Shown here in pieces: positions 1 through 11,586 of a stretch of DNA of 64,000 bases. Each line of letters opens with the position of its first letter. Positions within the stretch are counted from its first letter, which is position 1. Under the pieces are notes generated by a model. The model saw nothing but the letters and a program-made list of their open reading frames with translations. It did no database searches and was not told the DNA's origin. Position numbers and translations under genes: made by a program. Location: positions 1 through 64,000 of the forward strand of contig KZ538323.1 of NCBI GenBank assembly GCA_000934665.2. The letters are read 5' to 3'. The DNA is from Catajapyx aquilonaris (Eukaryota).

Positions 1-815
1 GTCACTTGCTGTATGCAGATGATTCTGCCCTTCTGGCGGAGAGTGAGGCTGATTTACAGTTGATCCTATGCAAGTTAGATAATGTTTGTGAAAAGAGAGG
101 TATGAGGATTAACGTAGATATGACTAAGGTGTTGGTATTTGAGAGGGGCCAGCAGGTTTCTCCTTGTACGTTGCAGGTACGAGGAAAACTGGTTGAGCAG
201 GTCAGCCAGTTTGTATACCTGGGTAGTGTCCTTGAGAGTAATGGTAGAATGGATGGGGAGATTGACAGGAGAGTTAGTTCTGGGTTGAAAGTGATAGGTG
301 CCACAAGTAAGTTTGCTAGAAATAAGGACTTATCTTCTGCCTGTAGGTTGTCTGTCTATTCTCACGTTATTGTTCCTTCACTTAAGTACGGTAGTGAAGC
401 GTGGGTCTGGTCAGATAGGCATAAGAGTAGGGTTTTGGCTACAGAAATGCGTTATCTCCGGGCTGTTTGTGGGGTTACCAAGTTTGATAGGATTAGGAAT
501 GAGGAGATTTTGGAGAGGTGTAATGTTAAGGAGACTGTTAAAGATAAGGTGTGTAGGTCTACTCTAAGGTGGTTTGGTCATGTGGAGAGGATGAAGGAGG
601 AGGAGATTGTGAAGAAGGTTTATTTGGGTGGAGTAGATGGTAAGAGGGGCAAGGGTAGGCCTAGGAAGACATGGTTGGACCAGGTGGGTCAGTGTCTTAA
701 GGGTGTTGCTAGTGTTAAGCCGAGACGTTGTTGTGTCAATAGGACCATGGACGTGGCTGAGGCTAGGGTTGTTTGTTTGGATAGGTGTAATTGGCGTAGG
801 TTAATTAATGGGTAA
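1..815 (+). mobile_element. RTE-clade non-LTR retrotransposon (LINE), C-terminal part of the reverse transcriptase ORF, truncated by the window edge
   Basis: ORF 6..815 has the YADD catalytic motif, FVYLGS, YGSEAW and LRWFGHVERM...GKRGKGRPRKTW, all typical of RTE/BovB-like ORFs. An RTE-like 3' tail (ctacccc...gggaaat...cgtgat then (gtt)n) lies at ~2040-2100, beyond a nested insertion. Confidence 0.93.
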
Positions 816-915
816 ATAGGTAAATATGTCTGAGGATAAGGTGATGTCTGAGGTGGGCAGGGGTGCGGGTGGGACAGGTTGTTTTTAGGTTTATTCTCAT
901 GAGTTTTATTAGTTC

Positions 916-2027
916 ACTAGCAGGATACCCGGCGTTGCTCGGGTTATGAAATACTTTTCCATGTAGGTGTAAGTCATTGATTTGGTAGTAACCTTTGAAA
1001 TAATTATGGCTACACAATGTTGGCATACCTGTAACATGGAGCATATTGCATGTGCATGAAGTCCAAACACCACAAACGTTACAAAGTGAAAAAACAAACA
1101 AATGCAAAAATATTGAAAACTACATGACACAGTAGGCCTACCTACGTAGACCACATTATGCCACACCTTAAACATGTTAAACCGCATCCCATAACGACTT
1201 TTGAATATACATTGAGAATGTGGAGGTCCAAATTTTACAAAGGGGGAAAAAACAAATAAAAGCAAAACGATTGAAAACTACATGACGCAGAACGTAACAC
1301 AGTTCGGAAGAAGGGAATTCCGACAAAAAGCACATGACACAGTACGTAGAGGAAAAGGTATGGCAGAAAAAGTACGCCAAGAAAATTCTGACAGGCTGCC
1401 TGAGCAAACAATAAACCACAACCGCCATTAGTCTACTATTCTTACACACAGCGCATTTGTATACCACCAGCTCGAACCCTGGGCCTGCCCCGAGGCCGTA
1501 GGTGGACCGTGCCACCGTGTCTAGGATAAAAATGGAATAAGATACCAGTATATCAAGATATGGAACTTATGAACAAAACGTGATGATTACCTATAATTAC
1601 ACCAACATTCTCGTAACCAAGGTAACAGTGTGTAAGGACTTGAAAATGGAACAACGTATGCAACCAATGTGAGTACAAAACACTGACCAAAGTACAGCCA
1701 CCGTGTAGAAATGTAATGACACTGCTGATGAGCTGCTGGAGGAGGTGGCAGCAGGGGAGGGGGAGGGGGGGGAGGGAAGGACATGGTTTCCAGGGCAATT
1801 GAACAGCATTATTAGAACACAGGGGGCCAACATCCAAAGTTCTTTTCGCCTCCTGTGGCCAAGGATGACCTCGGAGGTCAATTCCAATGCGCTAAGAACC
1901 TTCCCGATAAAAAAAACTACCCCTAGTGATACCCCTGGGGCATATGTGGAAGCCTCCGTATGGATCTGTTTAGGTCACAGAAAGACAGAAAGACAGACAG
2001 ATATACGTCGAGAAATATGTATTAGAT
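916..2027 (+). mobile_element. Non-autonomous Helitron/Helentron-like (Lep1/HINE-type) element inserted in the LINE 3' UTR
   Basis: Starts actagcaggatacccggcgttgctcggg (short stem-loop). Ends with an (acag)-type microsatellite at ~1977-2001 and ...gtattagat. Internal ~45-bp direct repeats at ~1090 and ~1247. The LINE 3' UTR appears to resume after 2027. Confidence 0.65.
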
Positions 2028-2250
2028 ATGTTGGGTTAGCTTGCGTCTCCCTTCATCGCTGACTACCCCTCATAGGGAAATGTCGTGATGTTGTTGTTGT
2101 ATTATTACAGCCTACTCTTGACCATGTAATTTTGCAACACCGTAAAAGATTAGCAGTTGTTCCACATGTTAGTTTTTTTAGTATTATTTGTCGGCGATGC
2201 CTATGTGACAGTACGACTTTATACGCTGAAATGTTTTTTTTGTTTTTTTT

Positions 2251-2768
2251 TTAATCCTCCTCTCCTGGGGACCTCCTAGATAGGGTGTGGACATGGTCAG
2301 GTCCAGTAACAGATGATCTGTCTAAGGCATATCTGTTGTAGTATCTCTGCAAAATATGTTTGATGAAGAGTTCCACTTGGAGGGCATTGTCCAGGTCACT
2401 CCATGAGATTTCATATTTTCGGTATGTCATCAAGTATTGCCAGATATCAGACTTGGTTGCTGCTCGGCCGTTTTCATAGTGATGTATGGCTTCCCTGAAG
2501 AGGAAGATGTTTTCGTAAATTGTGCTTGGCAATTCGGCACTACGTTTGGTGTTTTCCGTGAACCAGCCAGCCTCTTACCCTTGCTGGTAAATCGGTAAGT
2601 TTATCCCAGCCGAGTATAAAGCCCACTCTTCGTGACTCGATTGGTGAGGGCCATCCTTATGCCTGCTCCTCTTTGGTGTTTTGACATACGATGATAGTAT
2701 GTCTTTGCATGTGTCCGGATATCGACAATAGTTGCAGACACATACCTCAAGATGGCCTGTATTTCATT
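2251..2768 (-). pseudogene. Degraded ORFs with possible linker-histone H15/winged-helix-like patterns
   Basis: 2251..2532 reads ...FREAIHHYENGRAATKSDIWQYL...LDNALQVEL...RYAL. 2601..2768 reads NEIQAILRYVSATIVDIRTHAKTYY...IRMALTNRVTKSGLYTRLG* after a tcacAG acceptor. An A-rich tract follows the final stop. Similarity judged by eye only. Confidence 0.3.
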
Positions 2769-3879
2769 CTGTGATAATAATTGAACCCATTGGTAGGCAT
2801 AATGGGTGGTGGAGGAAAGGATGGAAGGAGGGGTGGAGGGGGGGGGGATGTTTTCTCTAATAAAAGAGTAGTATTGAATGACATTTCAATGTCTCACAAA
2901 GCAACTGGATGATTCTTGAAAAGGTTAATGTCTTGTACAGCCAGTTCATCCGGCATGTTTATAGGCTACAGCTTATTCGCTATTCACAGGTTGAAGCGGG
3001 AGGGATGACTTGAACGGAAAACAAGTAAAAAGGACCGAAAATATTACACAATTGCGTCAAAAAGGTGCTAATAGGCCATTTTAGGTTCTATAAAACTACA
3101 ATTTGTGAGCTCCTTGTGTTATGACACGGTTAGATATTTTGGTTCTGATGTTCTGCCTACAAAAGAAAAAGTAGGTAAAAACCTAGATATCCGTTCTTTG
3201 GTCATGACTAATGCCTTGCATTTTTATGGTTAGTAAAATAATTATTTCCTGTTGAAATGTTCTGACCACTGAATTGTAATGTAATGACTTTGTGGAAATA
3301 TGGTTACCATTATTTACCTTTAATGATTGTGTGAGTAGGTGGTCCACTGAAAGGCGGGCCACTGACCCATATGGTAGTAGGCCTAGTAATAATAATGATG
3401 ATGATAATAAAGTCTTAACTCAGATATTGTGTTGTTCATTTTCCATTTTCAGAGGGAACATGTTTGATTAAATTTAATCTTAATTGAAGTTGTACCGGTA
3501 TACAAAGTACAATCCTGGAATTTTTGGTGAACATTGTAAATTTTCCAGAGAAAACCATTGGACCTGGTTAATTACATGTGTTTTGTAAGGCCCTAACTTG
3601 GAGTCTTCCTGTGGTAACCCTTGAACACTGTCATGGCATACAATATACACTATACATAATTATATAAAAATTGCTAGCAGAATACATCTCCGTCGTGTCA
3701 GACTGGGTGAACTTGGCCGTGCATAATACCTACTCATACTGATCCTATTGACGCAGTGTAGAGAGGATGTCTCTTGCATGTTACAAGATGATGCGGTACA
3801 TCTCCAATCTACTCCTGTTATGATTTGGGACAATAACAGATTATCGGGCCAGTAGATGTGACCATGTAGTCCTGCAGTA

Positions 3880-4690
3880 CAATAACAAGAGAAGGTCAAG
3901 CATTGTACATGGAGTTGCTGAATGGAAATTAGCACAATAATATAGAGGGAAGTAAGTTATTCACCAAAATACAAACCATTCCAGGGGAGTGCTACAAGGT
4001 CAAAGGTTATGACCTCTCCATGTCAGCCTGAACAACTTATCTTATGAGCGAAGTTTCTGATATCGCACACAGAAAAGCAGACATTTTATTACATAATTGA
4101 AAAGGGCTAATAATTACTCTGATTACAACGAGCTATGCAAAAACTGCTAGATCACAGCCATTTCTTAGAAAATCCCTTCTGAAGTTTTTGGAAAAAAAAA
4201 ATCATTTCTCTCAAATTACGTGCTCGATTGGTATCAAATCCAGCTTGTAGCCTACTGTTGGAAATTTTAGAAAGTCAGTTTTCCTAATGTGTCGTAAGCG
4301 GGAAGTGTCAAGCACTTGCAGATTAACAGAAGCATCATACTTGGAAAACATATCTTGTTCCAAACGCCTCCTGAATTCTGCTTTGACTCGACTAGTATAG
4401 TGCAAGTGATACGTGTCTGCAATGCTCATTGATGTTTTGTTTTGAACACACTATCAAAAACATTCATAAGTGCTAATTTGCTATGCTTATTTTTCATCTG
4501 CAACTGCTTTACCCTTCCCCGCTTAGGTAAGCTGTCCAGGCTGAATTTGAGAGGTAATAACTTTTGACCTTGTAGAGCTCCCCTGAAAGAGTTCACATCT
4601 TGGTCAATAACTTATCTGCCTGTATTATTGTGCCAAGATTCATTCAGCAACTCCCATGTGCAATGCTGCATGATCTTCCCTTGTAAGTAC
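3880..4690. mobile_element. Old MITE-like element with long diverged inverted repeats
   Basis: ~3880-4050 (cattgtacatggagttgctgaatg...ctacaaggtcaaaggttatgacctctc) is the diverged reverse complement of ~4520-4690. Outer ends not resolved. Confidence 0.6.
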
Positions 4691-4796
4691 CGGAAACGAA
4701 TCAATATTTTTACCCAGGTCACTATCCTAGCAATGGGTTTCCATTGTATCAACAATGGTTGATTGTTGTTAATTGCATTACTGTGGAAACAGGCTG

Positions 4797-4961
4797 GGTT
4801 CAGTGCTGGGGCTTAACGCCGGCCTATTTCTGCCTCTAAGGCTCAACACCGACGCCAGGGGGTGGTCCTCCTCCTGGAAATTTGGCCACTCTGGGGATCT
4901 TTAACGTGCACTCGCGCAATGTCACAAGCACACGGGACCGACGGCTTTACTTCCCCTCCGC
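4797..4961 (-). mobile_element. 5'-truncated SINE (Ruka/Meta-domain-like)
   Basis: Flanked by a perfect 14-bp TSD gtggaaacaggctg (4783-4796 and 4962-4975). The minus strand reads ggggaagtaaagccgtcggtcccgtg...gtgcacgttaaagatcccc, which resembles from memory the Meta domain and tick Ruka SINEs. Confidence 0.75.
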
Positions 4962-5214
4962 GTGGAAACAGGCTGTAAGAAGAACGAGTTCTGCTGCTAG
5001 TGCAGAATGAATACACTGGTGCGGTGGGGTGGACTTGGCCATAACATCGTAAATTATCCTACGCAGAGTGTTATTGTGCCTGGAAAATTTATTTCTACTC
5101 GTCCAACATAAAAAATATATTTCGCAGTTGTGGGTTAATGTCTTCGTACTTATTTGTAAAACATTTTTTTGGATCAGTTCACCTTGCTTGATGGTATATT
5201 AATTGAATCAGTAT

Positions 5215-5514
5215 ACCGAAGCAGTAGTGGTGGAGTGGATAAGGTATTCGACTGCTAATCGAGAGGTCCTGGGTTCGAGTCCCGGGGCCGGCAATCCTAA
5301 CCGTGGTTTTCTGTGGTTTCCCACGGTCCCCCCAGGAGAATTCCGGGATTGCTTCCTAAATAATAGACCACAGCCGCTTCCTTCCGTCCCTATATCCTAT
5401 CCCAAAAAGCAAAAGTAAAAATGAAAGCAAAGAGTTCCAGTCAAAACAAAATTGGGATGAACTCCCCCCGACTCCCCCCCCCCTAAAGAGTAGCCAGCTG
5501 ATAACGGGGTATGA

Positions 5515-5580
<66 letters not shown>
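5215..5580 (+). mobile_element. tRNA-derived SINE, family A, copy 1
   Basis: A box (tggtggagtgg) and B box (ggttcgagtccc). Central block ggttttctgtggtttccc...ccacagccgcttccttcc resembles the Deu/Nin domain. (att)n tail. 17-bp TSD attaattgaatcaRtat (5198-5214 / 5581-5597). Confidence 0.9.
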
Positions 5581-5586
<6 letters not shown>

Positions 5587-5757
5587 TGAATCAATATAAG
5601 CATGTTGGTGTTGACCCCAATTTTAAACAATTTTTAGAATATCAATCAATATTTATTTCACCTCAATGATAAGCTTCACTGAGGGACACTACTCCATACA
5701 CTACACAGTCCTTAATAATTAGACATCTAGTATCAAATTGTAGGTACTAACAAACAA

Positions 5758-6011
5758 ATGGTAGGGAGGGGGAGTACTATACAATCAGATTTAACTTCTA
5801 AATCCAAAGTGGAGGAAGAGTCAATTTATACTCTTGCCATGCCATTTGGCCGCGTAAGTGAGAAAAAAAGAACATCTGGTTCAGGGTTATCTGTTGTTTG
5901 ATGTAGGACATGCTGACTCCATGTATACATAAGGGCATTCAAAAGAAGTGTGGAACCAATAATTGTCATCGGAATCCATATTACACGAAGTGCAACTTTC
6001 ATTTGGGTTAA
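5758..6011 (+). other. Putative small two-exon orphan ORF (5758..5853, 5907..6011; 66 aa), paralogous to a decayed copy at ~9275-9750 (-)
   Basis: ATG at 5758, GTAAGT donor at 5854, atgtAG acceptor at 5906; the frame stays open across the splice. The 53-nt intron is closely similar to the 54-nt minus-strand intron at 9622-9675. Confidence 0.3.
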
Positions 6012-6057
6012 CCTTAACACTCCTTTCATCGCCCAATGGTATCCAAATGGAGTTTAT

Positions 6058-6060
<3 letters not shown>

Positions 6061-6147
<87 letters not shown>

Positions 6148-6336
6148 CCTGGGGTAGTGCTTTCACCCCCCTATGGGGGTATATCACATGAACCTTTATT
6201 GAACTATTGATACATTGGAACCTATTAATTGAAGCGCCCACGTGCAGGATGACAGGAGGGGATGTGCAAAGTGCAGTGCAATGTCGTTACTGTGGTCATT
6301 TTGTGAAGTCCCCCGGGTGGTTTGTCTGACGGAGAT
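6061..6336 (-). mobile_element. Truncated SINE sharing its body with family B but carrying a different 3' tail
   Basis: ~6246-6336 is the reverse complement of ~8750-8835. 6147-6240 is an unrelated tail, followed on the minus strand by (att)n at 6061-6146. Confidence 0.7.
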
Positions 6337-7896
6337 AGTACAGTTAATCCCCAAGTCGGAGAGGCGTAGTTAGCTGATGTTTTAACTGTAGAGTCAATAT
6401 ATTTCAGGGTGGATGTTAATGTGGGACAATTTTTAGAATAGGAGTTTGTCAAAATTATATTGAATCAAAGGCTATGGTTAGATTTATAAACACAGCATAA
6501 ACTTTTTCTTCTGGTTTGGGAATATACACACTATAATAATGTAATACTCGTATGTACAAAATACACATAAGGAAATTTTAGGACTCGAGTCTGTAAGAAT
6601 CACCCTGTATTTATGTGTCAATATGTGAAGCATGGTCAGAGTTGCTGTGGCCCAGAGATCGTAAGGAGTATTCAGAATTAGGTGTGCATATCTCTGAGTT
6701 CAAGTTTTTGTTTGGTAGAACCACCAACAGTCACAATCGATATTAGGCTACTAGTGGGCATTTGGGGGATTCAGAGTAATGTCGTCTTTTTTTGGGAGAA
6801 ACATATATCTGGCTAATTCCACCGTAACTGACGCAACATATGGAAAGCATTCATGCTGTACTTAGATTTATTGCAAATATGGAAAATATGGAAATGGAAT
6901 TTAAAATTATTCCCATGGTGGCTGCCTCCTTGTAGCTTATTGCCATATGTTTAGAATTTCGCAACAGTAATTTGAATGGACTCTGTAAAATATTTATATA
7001 ATGTAACTGATGCAGCATGAAAAAGACAAGCTCTTTGGGCAGTGCTGTAGTGACATGATACCCTGTGCGCTGAATTAGTTGAGAAGTAATGTTACAACTG
7101 ATATGTGATGAACACTCGAGGAGCAATTTTGTGATTATTTTAGACCAAGCCTGTTCATGTACCGGTATATGTTCTCAGGAGAAATTAGGACTGAAGCAAC
7201 AAACAATGGAAAGTTGCGTCAGTATTGATATTGGATCCGCCCTTAGTGATCTTGTATAGTAATTAGTTGATGATTAGTTTGTCCACTTTAATATGCATTG
7301 TTGAGGTGATGGCACTTGATAAGGGAGGCAATTTAGTGGTCCATATTGCTTCTAAATCAACAATAGCTTAGTTGAACGAGATTTCAAGGACTATTTCAGT
7401 TGGACTTTACCAAGTCGCTTATCTAAGGAGTGCTGCGATTTTCTGGGCACTTTCCATCCTGGGTAAGATGAGATATGTGTATATTGATTCTGTATCGGCA
7501 ACGACAGAGCTGAAAAGGGGTGTCCACCTCTCTTGGGTGTTGGCGTGCCGGGATTACGACTACATTGCTCCAAAAGATTGCAAAACAGTTTCTATCAAAT
7601 TCGGTCATGTGTATAGTGGGACAAAATAAGGAACAATGACAACTTCCTACTATGGCTCTTGGTTCGCGCTGACAAGTGGCAAGATGATGTCGCTAGTTTT
7701 CAACATTATAAGCTGAAATAAAGCAATAAATTGGGGCACCTTATGGAACGAATCCATCAGGAGTTCAGCTGAGTCTTTGGTGTTGATTCACCAGGACAGA
7801 CCTGCATGCAGCCAGATACATTTCCAGGCTGTCAATAGGTAATTGGGTAATGCCCCATTATTACGGTACGTACTGTACATGTACTCAACGTAGATA

Positions 7897-8192
7897 ACCG
7901 AAGCGGTTTGGAGTAGGGGATACGGTGTCTGACTGCTAATGGGGAGGTCCTGGGATCAAATCCCGGGGCCGGCACGGCAACTCTGACCGTGGTTTTCTGT
8001 GGTTTCCCACAGTCCTTCCAGGAAAATTCCGGAGTCGTTTCCGTAATTAATAGCCCACAGCCGCTTCCTTCCGTCCCTATCCTATCCCAATAAGCGCAGT
8101 AAAATGAAAGCAAAGAGTTCCAGGCAAAACATAAAAAAAACTTCCCCCCTAAAGAGCCGATAGACTGATAACGGGGTATGAATTATGAATTA
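7897..8192 (+). mobile_element. tRNA-derived SINE, family A, copy 2
   Basis: Colinear with 5215-5515. 14-bp TSD tactcaaYgtagat (7882-7895 / 8193-8206). Short gaattat tail. Confidence 0.9.
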
Positions 8193-8391
8193 TACTCAAT
8201 GTAGATATCATACTTTCACTAGTAATATTTCTTTCATAGTACTGCAGATAAGTAACAATCTTTATCGATGATTGATATGATCTGATATGATCTATAGCTC
8301 TCAGAAATCTTAGTTTAGTCTGATGTCAACCACTAGAATGGACACCTTGATCTCCGGATCTGCTTTCCAAGCAAACTAGCATTTATCTTAC

Positions 8392-8433
<42 letters not shown>

Positions 8434-8607
8434 CAAGGAGGAGTAGTAGTAGTAGTAGTAGTAGTACAAGGAGGAGTAGTAGTAGTAGTAGTAGTAGTAC
8501 AAGGAGGAGTAGTAGTAGTAGTAGTAGTAGTACAAGTAGCAACAGTAGTAGTAGTAGTAGTAGTAGTACAAGTAGCAACAGTAGTAGTAGTAGTAGTAGT
8601 AGTAGTA
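8392..8607. repeat. Compound (gta)n microsatellite with higher-order caaggagga / caagtagcaaca interruptions
   Basis: Directly visible; continues as (agt)n at ~9035-9094 on the far side of SINE B. Confidence 0.95.
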
Positions 8608-9096
<489 letters not shown>

Positions 9097-9274
9097 CTCC
9101 AGACTATATTTCTTCATTACACTAATGAGTGAGAATAAATATAACTTCACAATAATTAAGACAAATTTGTACGAGTTAATATGCAGACCTCTGTTACTTA
9201 ACAATTGTATTTGTATCTAATACAGGTTCAATGGAAGAGAAGGGGACCATGAACAAGCTTATACGGCCACAAGA

Positions 9275-9750
9275 TTTATTGAATGTCCTGCTGCACCTCA
9301 TCGGCCGACTGCCACCGGAGGAACAGGTCCAATGGATCATGGTCTTGAGCATCGTTATAGGAGGGATGATCGTCTTCATCTTCATCTGGTACTACCTTCT
9401 GGCTTGAGCCTGACCCCATCGGCCCATCCTAGATATCATTGCAACATCTGTAACCAGCTTGGTGTGCAATGATGGCCATCTTGAACAATCTCAGCCTCAG
9501 TGGGATTTTTTTTCCATCTATATTTGATCTTCCATGTCTATTAGTTTGAACTTTGGGGGGGCCGCCAAATTTGTTATATATGCCTTTTATCAACTCCTCC
9601 CTGGTCAGGTTTTTGTCCATCCTACATCAACCAACAGATAACCAATTGAACCAGATGTTCTTTTTTCTCACCTACATGGCCAAGTGCACAGCAATATAAT
9701 AATTATAAGTTGACTCATCTGACATCTGGGGGAATTTAACTTCCTACCGT
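9275..9750 (-). pseudogene. Decayed orphan gene fragment containing a GT-AG intron (9675..9622)
   Basis: The intron and exon flanks match the segment at ~5800-5950 (+). The downstream exon (MDKNLTREELIKGIYNKFGG...) is interrupted by stops. Confidence 0.35.
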
Positions 9751-9771
9751 CCCAGGGGGTATGTGATAGTG

Positions 9772-10014
9772 CAGTGGTTATTCCCAACCTGGGGGTCGCG
9801 AAGGCTTTTCCGGGGCGTCGTGCGTGGCCATGTTATTTTTCTAAATTAAAAAATAACAAATTTAAAAAGTAATAAAATAAATTGTGTAGGAAATAATTAT
9901 CATCACGAAGGTTTTTTTCAACACCTACTAATAACACACAGGGAGGGGGGAGTTAAAGGTTACTTGACTATCACAAAAGGGGGGTCACGACCCGAAAAAG
10001 GTTGGGAACCACTG
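9772..10014. mobile_element. hAT (Charlie-like) MITE
   Basis: TIRs cagtggtt(at)tcccaacct / aggttgggaaccactg with subterminal ggggtcRcga motifs. The 8-bp flanks match only partly. Confidence 0.8.
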
Positions 10015-10264
10015 TGCTAGATGCGTCTAAAAAAACAACAAAAAAACAGAGTTTATCTTTTATCCATAGTTTGAATAAATAGCATGAACTTGATTGAATG
10101 GTGTGGATGATTGCTCACATGAAATTGCAGCAGGTTTAAATATAGGAGCAAGACGATGATTGGCTGTTTCCTCACATTGCACATTCTTCTCTATCATCTC
10201 AAAAGTTTCAAAAGTCGAGATAATTTTTAGCTCCAATCAACCCTTCTGTTTACCCATAATGGTA

Positions 10265-10560
10265 CAATGCTGGACATTAATTCCGTCGTACTGCTAGCAA
10301 CATTTTCCAAGGCAGCAGAAGAGAACGTCGATCGAAGTGATGGATTGCAATCTTAGTAAGAAATGGTAGGGCAGGTAGGCCTAGGGTGAGGCTGACATCA
10401 CTGGCTGGGGGCAATGGGAAAAAGGCTTGCCCACAGCTGGTGAAATCACCCAGGCCCACATTTTCTTACTCGCATGGCTTGCACTCCATTACTTCGGCGT
10501 TCTCTTCTGCCACCTCGTTAAATGTGGCTGTCAGTGTGATGGAATTAATGTCCAGCCCTG
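10265..10560. mobile_element. Tc1/mariner-type MITE (same family as 31425-31585)
   Basis: TA-flanked TIRs caatgctggacattaattcc / ggaattaatgtccagccctg. The left ~65 bp match the copy at 31425. Confidence 0.8.
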
Positions 10561-10665
10561 TATGGTACATTACACTAACAGTACCGGTACTAGAAGAAAA
10601 TTATAATGCAATTCAAAACCAGCCTATTGCCTTTAACGAGTCTCGCAAACAACAGCATCATTACA

Positions 10666-11008
10666 TTTCATGGCTTTATCGTACGGTACAAAAACAAAAC
10701 AAAAAACAGACAAACAAACAAAAAACAAAAGGCGGCTGAAAAATGCCAAATCATAATAATCACCTCTTCCCTCATTCCTCTAATCCCAAAGCTTGATGAC
10801 TCCGTCCCATCCAGCCGAGACAACTTTGGAAGTTTCATGTGGATATGCCACAGAACCCCAGCTAGCGCAGACACCATAAATGCTTGCCATCATGGCATCA
10901 TGCGCCTTCCACTTGCAGTACAATTTTGTGGTCTTCCAGTCCCACACGTAGCACTTCCCACCTGCATCTCCAGACACCAGGTACCTGCAAAAGGTGTTTG
11001 ATGATGTT
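10666..11008 (-). pseudogene. Duplicated terminal exon of CDC40 (coding part 10984..10780) with 3' UTR and the end of the preceding intron
   Basis: Aligns to ~18840-19110. The acceptor ttttgcAG is kept in the same phase. The frame is open: [29 protein letters not shown]...[20 protein letters not shown], net +27 nt. Confidence 0.85.
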
Positions 11009-11088
11009 TGTATAGTGTACTGTCCCAAAGAGAGTGTGGGTCCACCTCCCGCAAGTGGAGCAATGGTGGTGGTAGAACAACGGGAGTA

Positions 11089-11358
11089 CCCCCCGATGGT
11101 ATCTCCACCTTATCGTGGTGGTGGGGTTTGCGTTTCTCCCGTGACCCCAAGAGCTATGCCGGCGGTAGCTTCGTCTACTGGTAGGGCCTCCCAAGCCGGA
11201 CAGGTCTTTGGGATAGGAGACAGACTAAGAGAGATGCCAGTCTTTCCTCTCTTCTTTTCCCTCTTCGTTTCTCTCTCCATCTGTCCCACCTTTTCTTCTT
11301 CTTATAGCCAGATAGCCATAGTTGCTTTGGCTTCTTCCAAATAAACCAAACCAAACCA
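11089..11358 (+). mobile_element. Short non-autonomous RTE-derived (5'UTR + 3' tail bipartite) retroposon
   Basis: Perfect 13-bp TSD aacaacgggagta (11076-11088 / 11359-11371). aataaa plus (ccaaa)n tail. Head motifs ccttatcgtgg, ggggtttgcgt, gagctatgcc and agggcctcccaag..ggacaggtc are recalled from BovB/Expander RTE 5' ends. Confidence 0.8.
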
Positions 11359-11528
11359 AACAACGGGAGTAAATTCTAAATGGCCCGGGAAGAGGAAGTG
11401 AGGCTTCCGCCGGAAGCGGATGGAGCGCAGCAGTCGACCCAAAATTGTTAATTCAAAATTATTTAATAAATATTGGTATCATCACTTCACCTGCAGGATT
11501 ATTACACAGTTACAGTACGCCCAGGCAC

Positions 11529-11586
11529 TATTTATAATGCACGGGAAAGAGCTTCTAGAACATTCGAGAACGTTGGAGAACGTTCT
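11529..11586 (-). promoter_or_regulatory. Heat-shock element array plus TATA box
   Basis: 11552-11586 = cTTCt aGAAc aTTCg aGAAc gTTGg aGAAc gTTCt (6 of 7 alternating nGAAn units perfect). TATAAATA lies on the minus strand at 11536-11529, 15 nt downstream. Confidence 0.6.

Noticed and set aside
5215..5295. tRNA genes at 5215, 7897 and 8608
   Set aside because: A/B boxes are present, but each continues into a SINE body and simple-repeat tail (with TSDs at 5215 and 7897), so these are SINE heads.
6340..6452. LINE RT fragment (NYASPTWG, minus strand)
   Set aside because: Only one short motif is present, too little to call.
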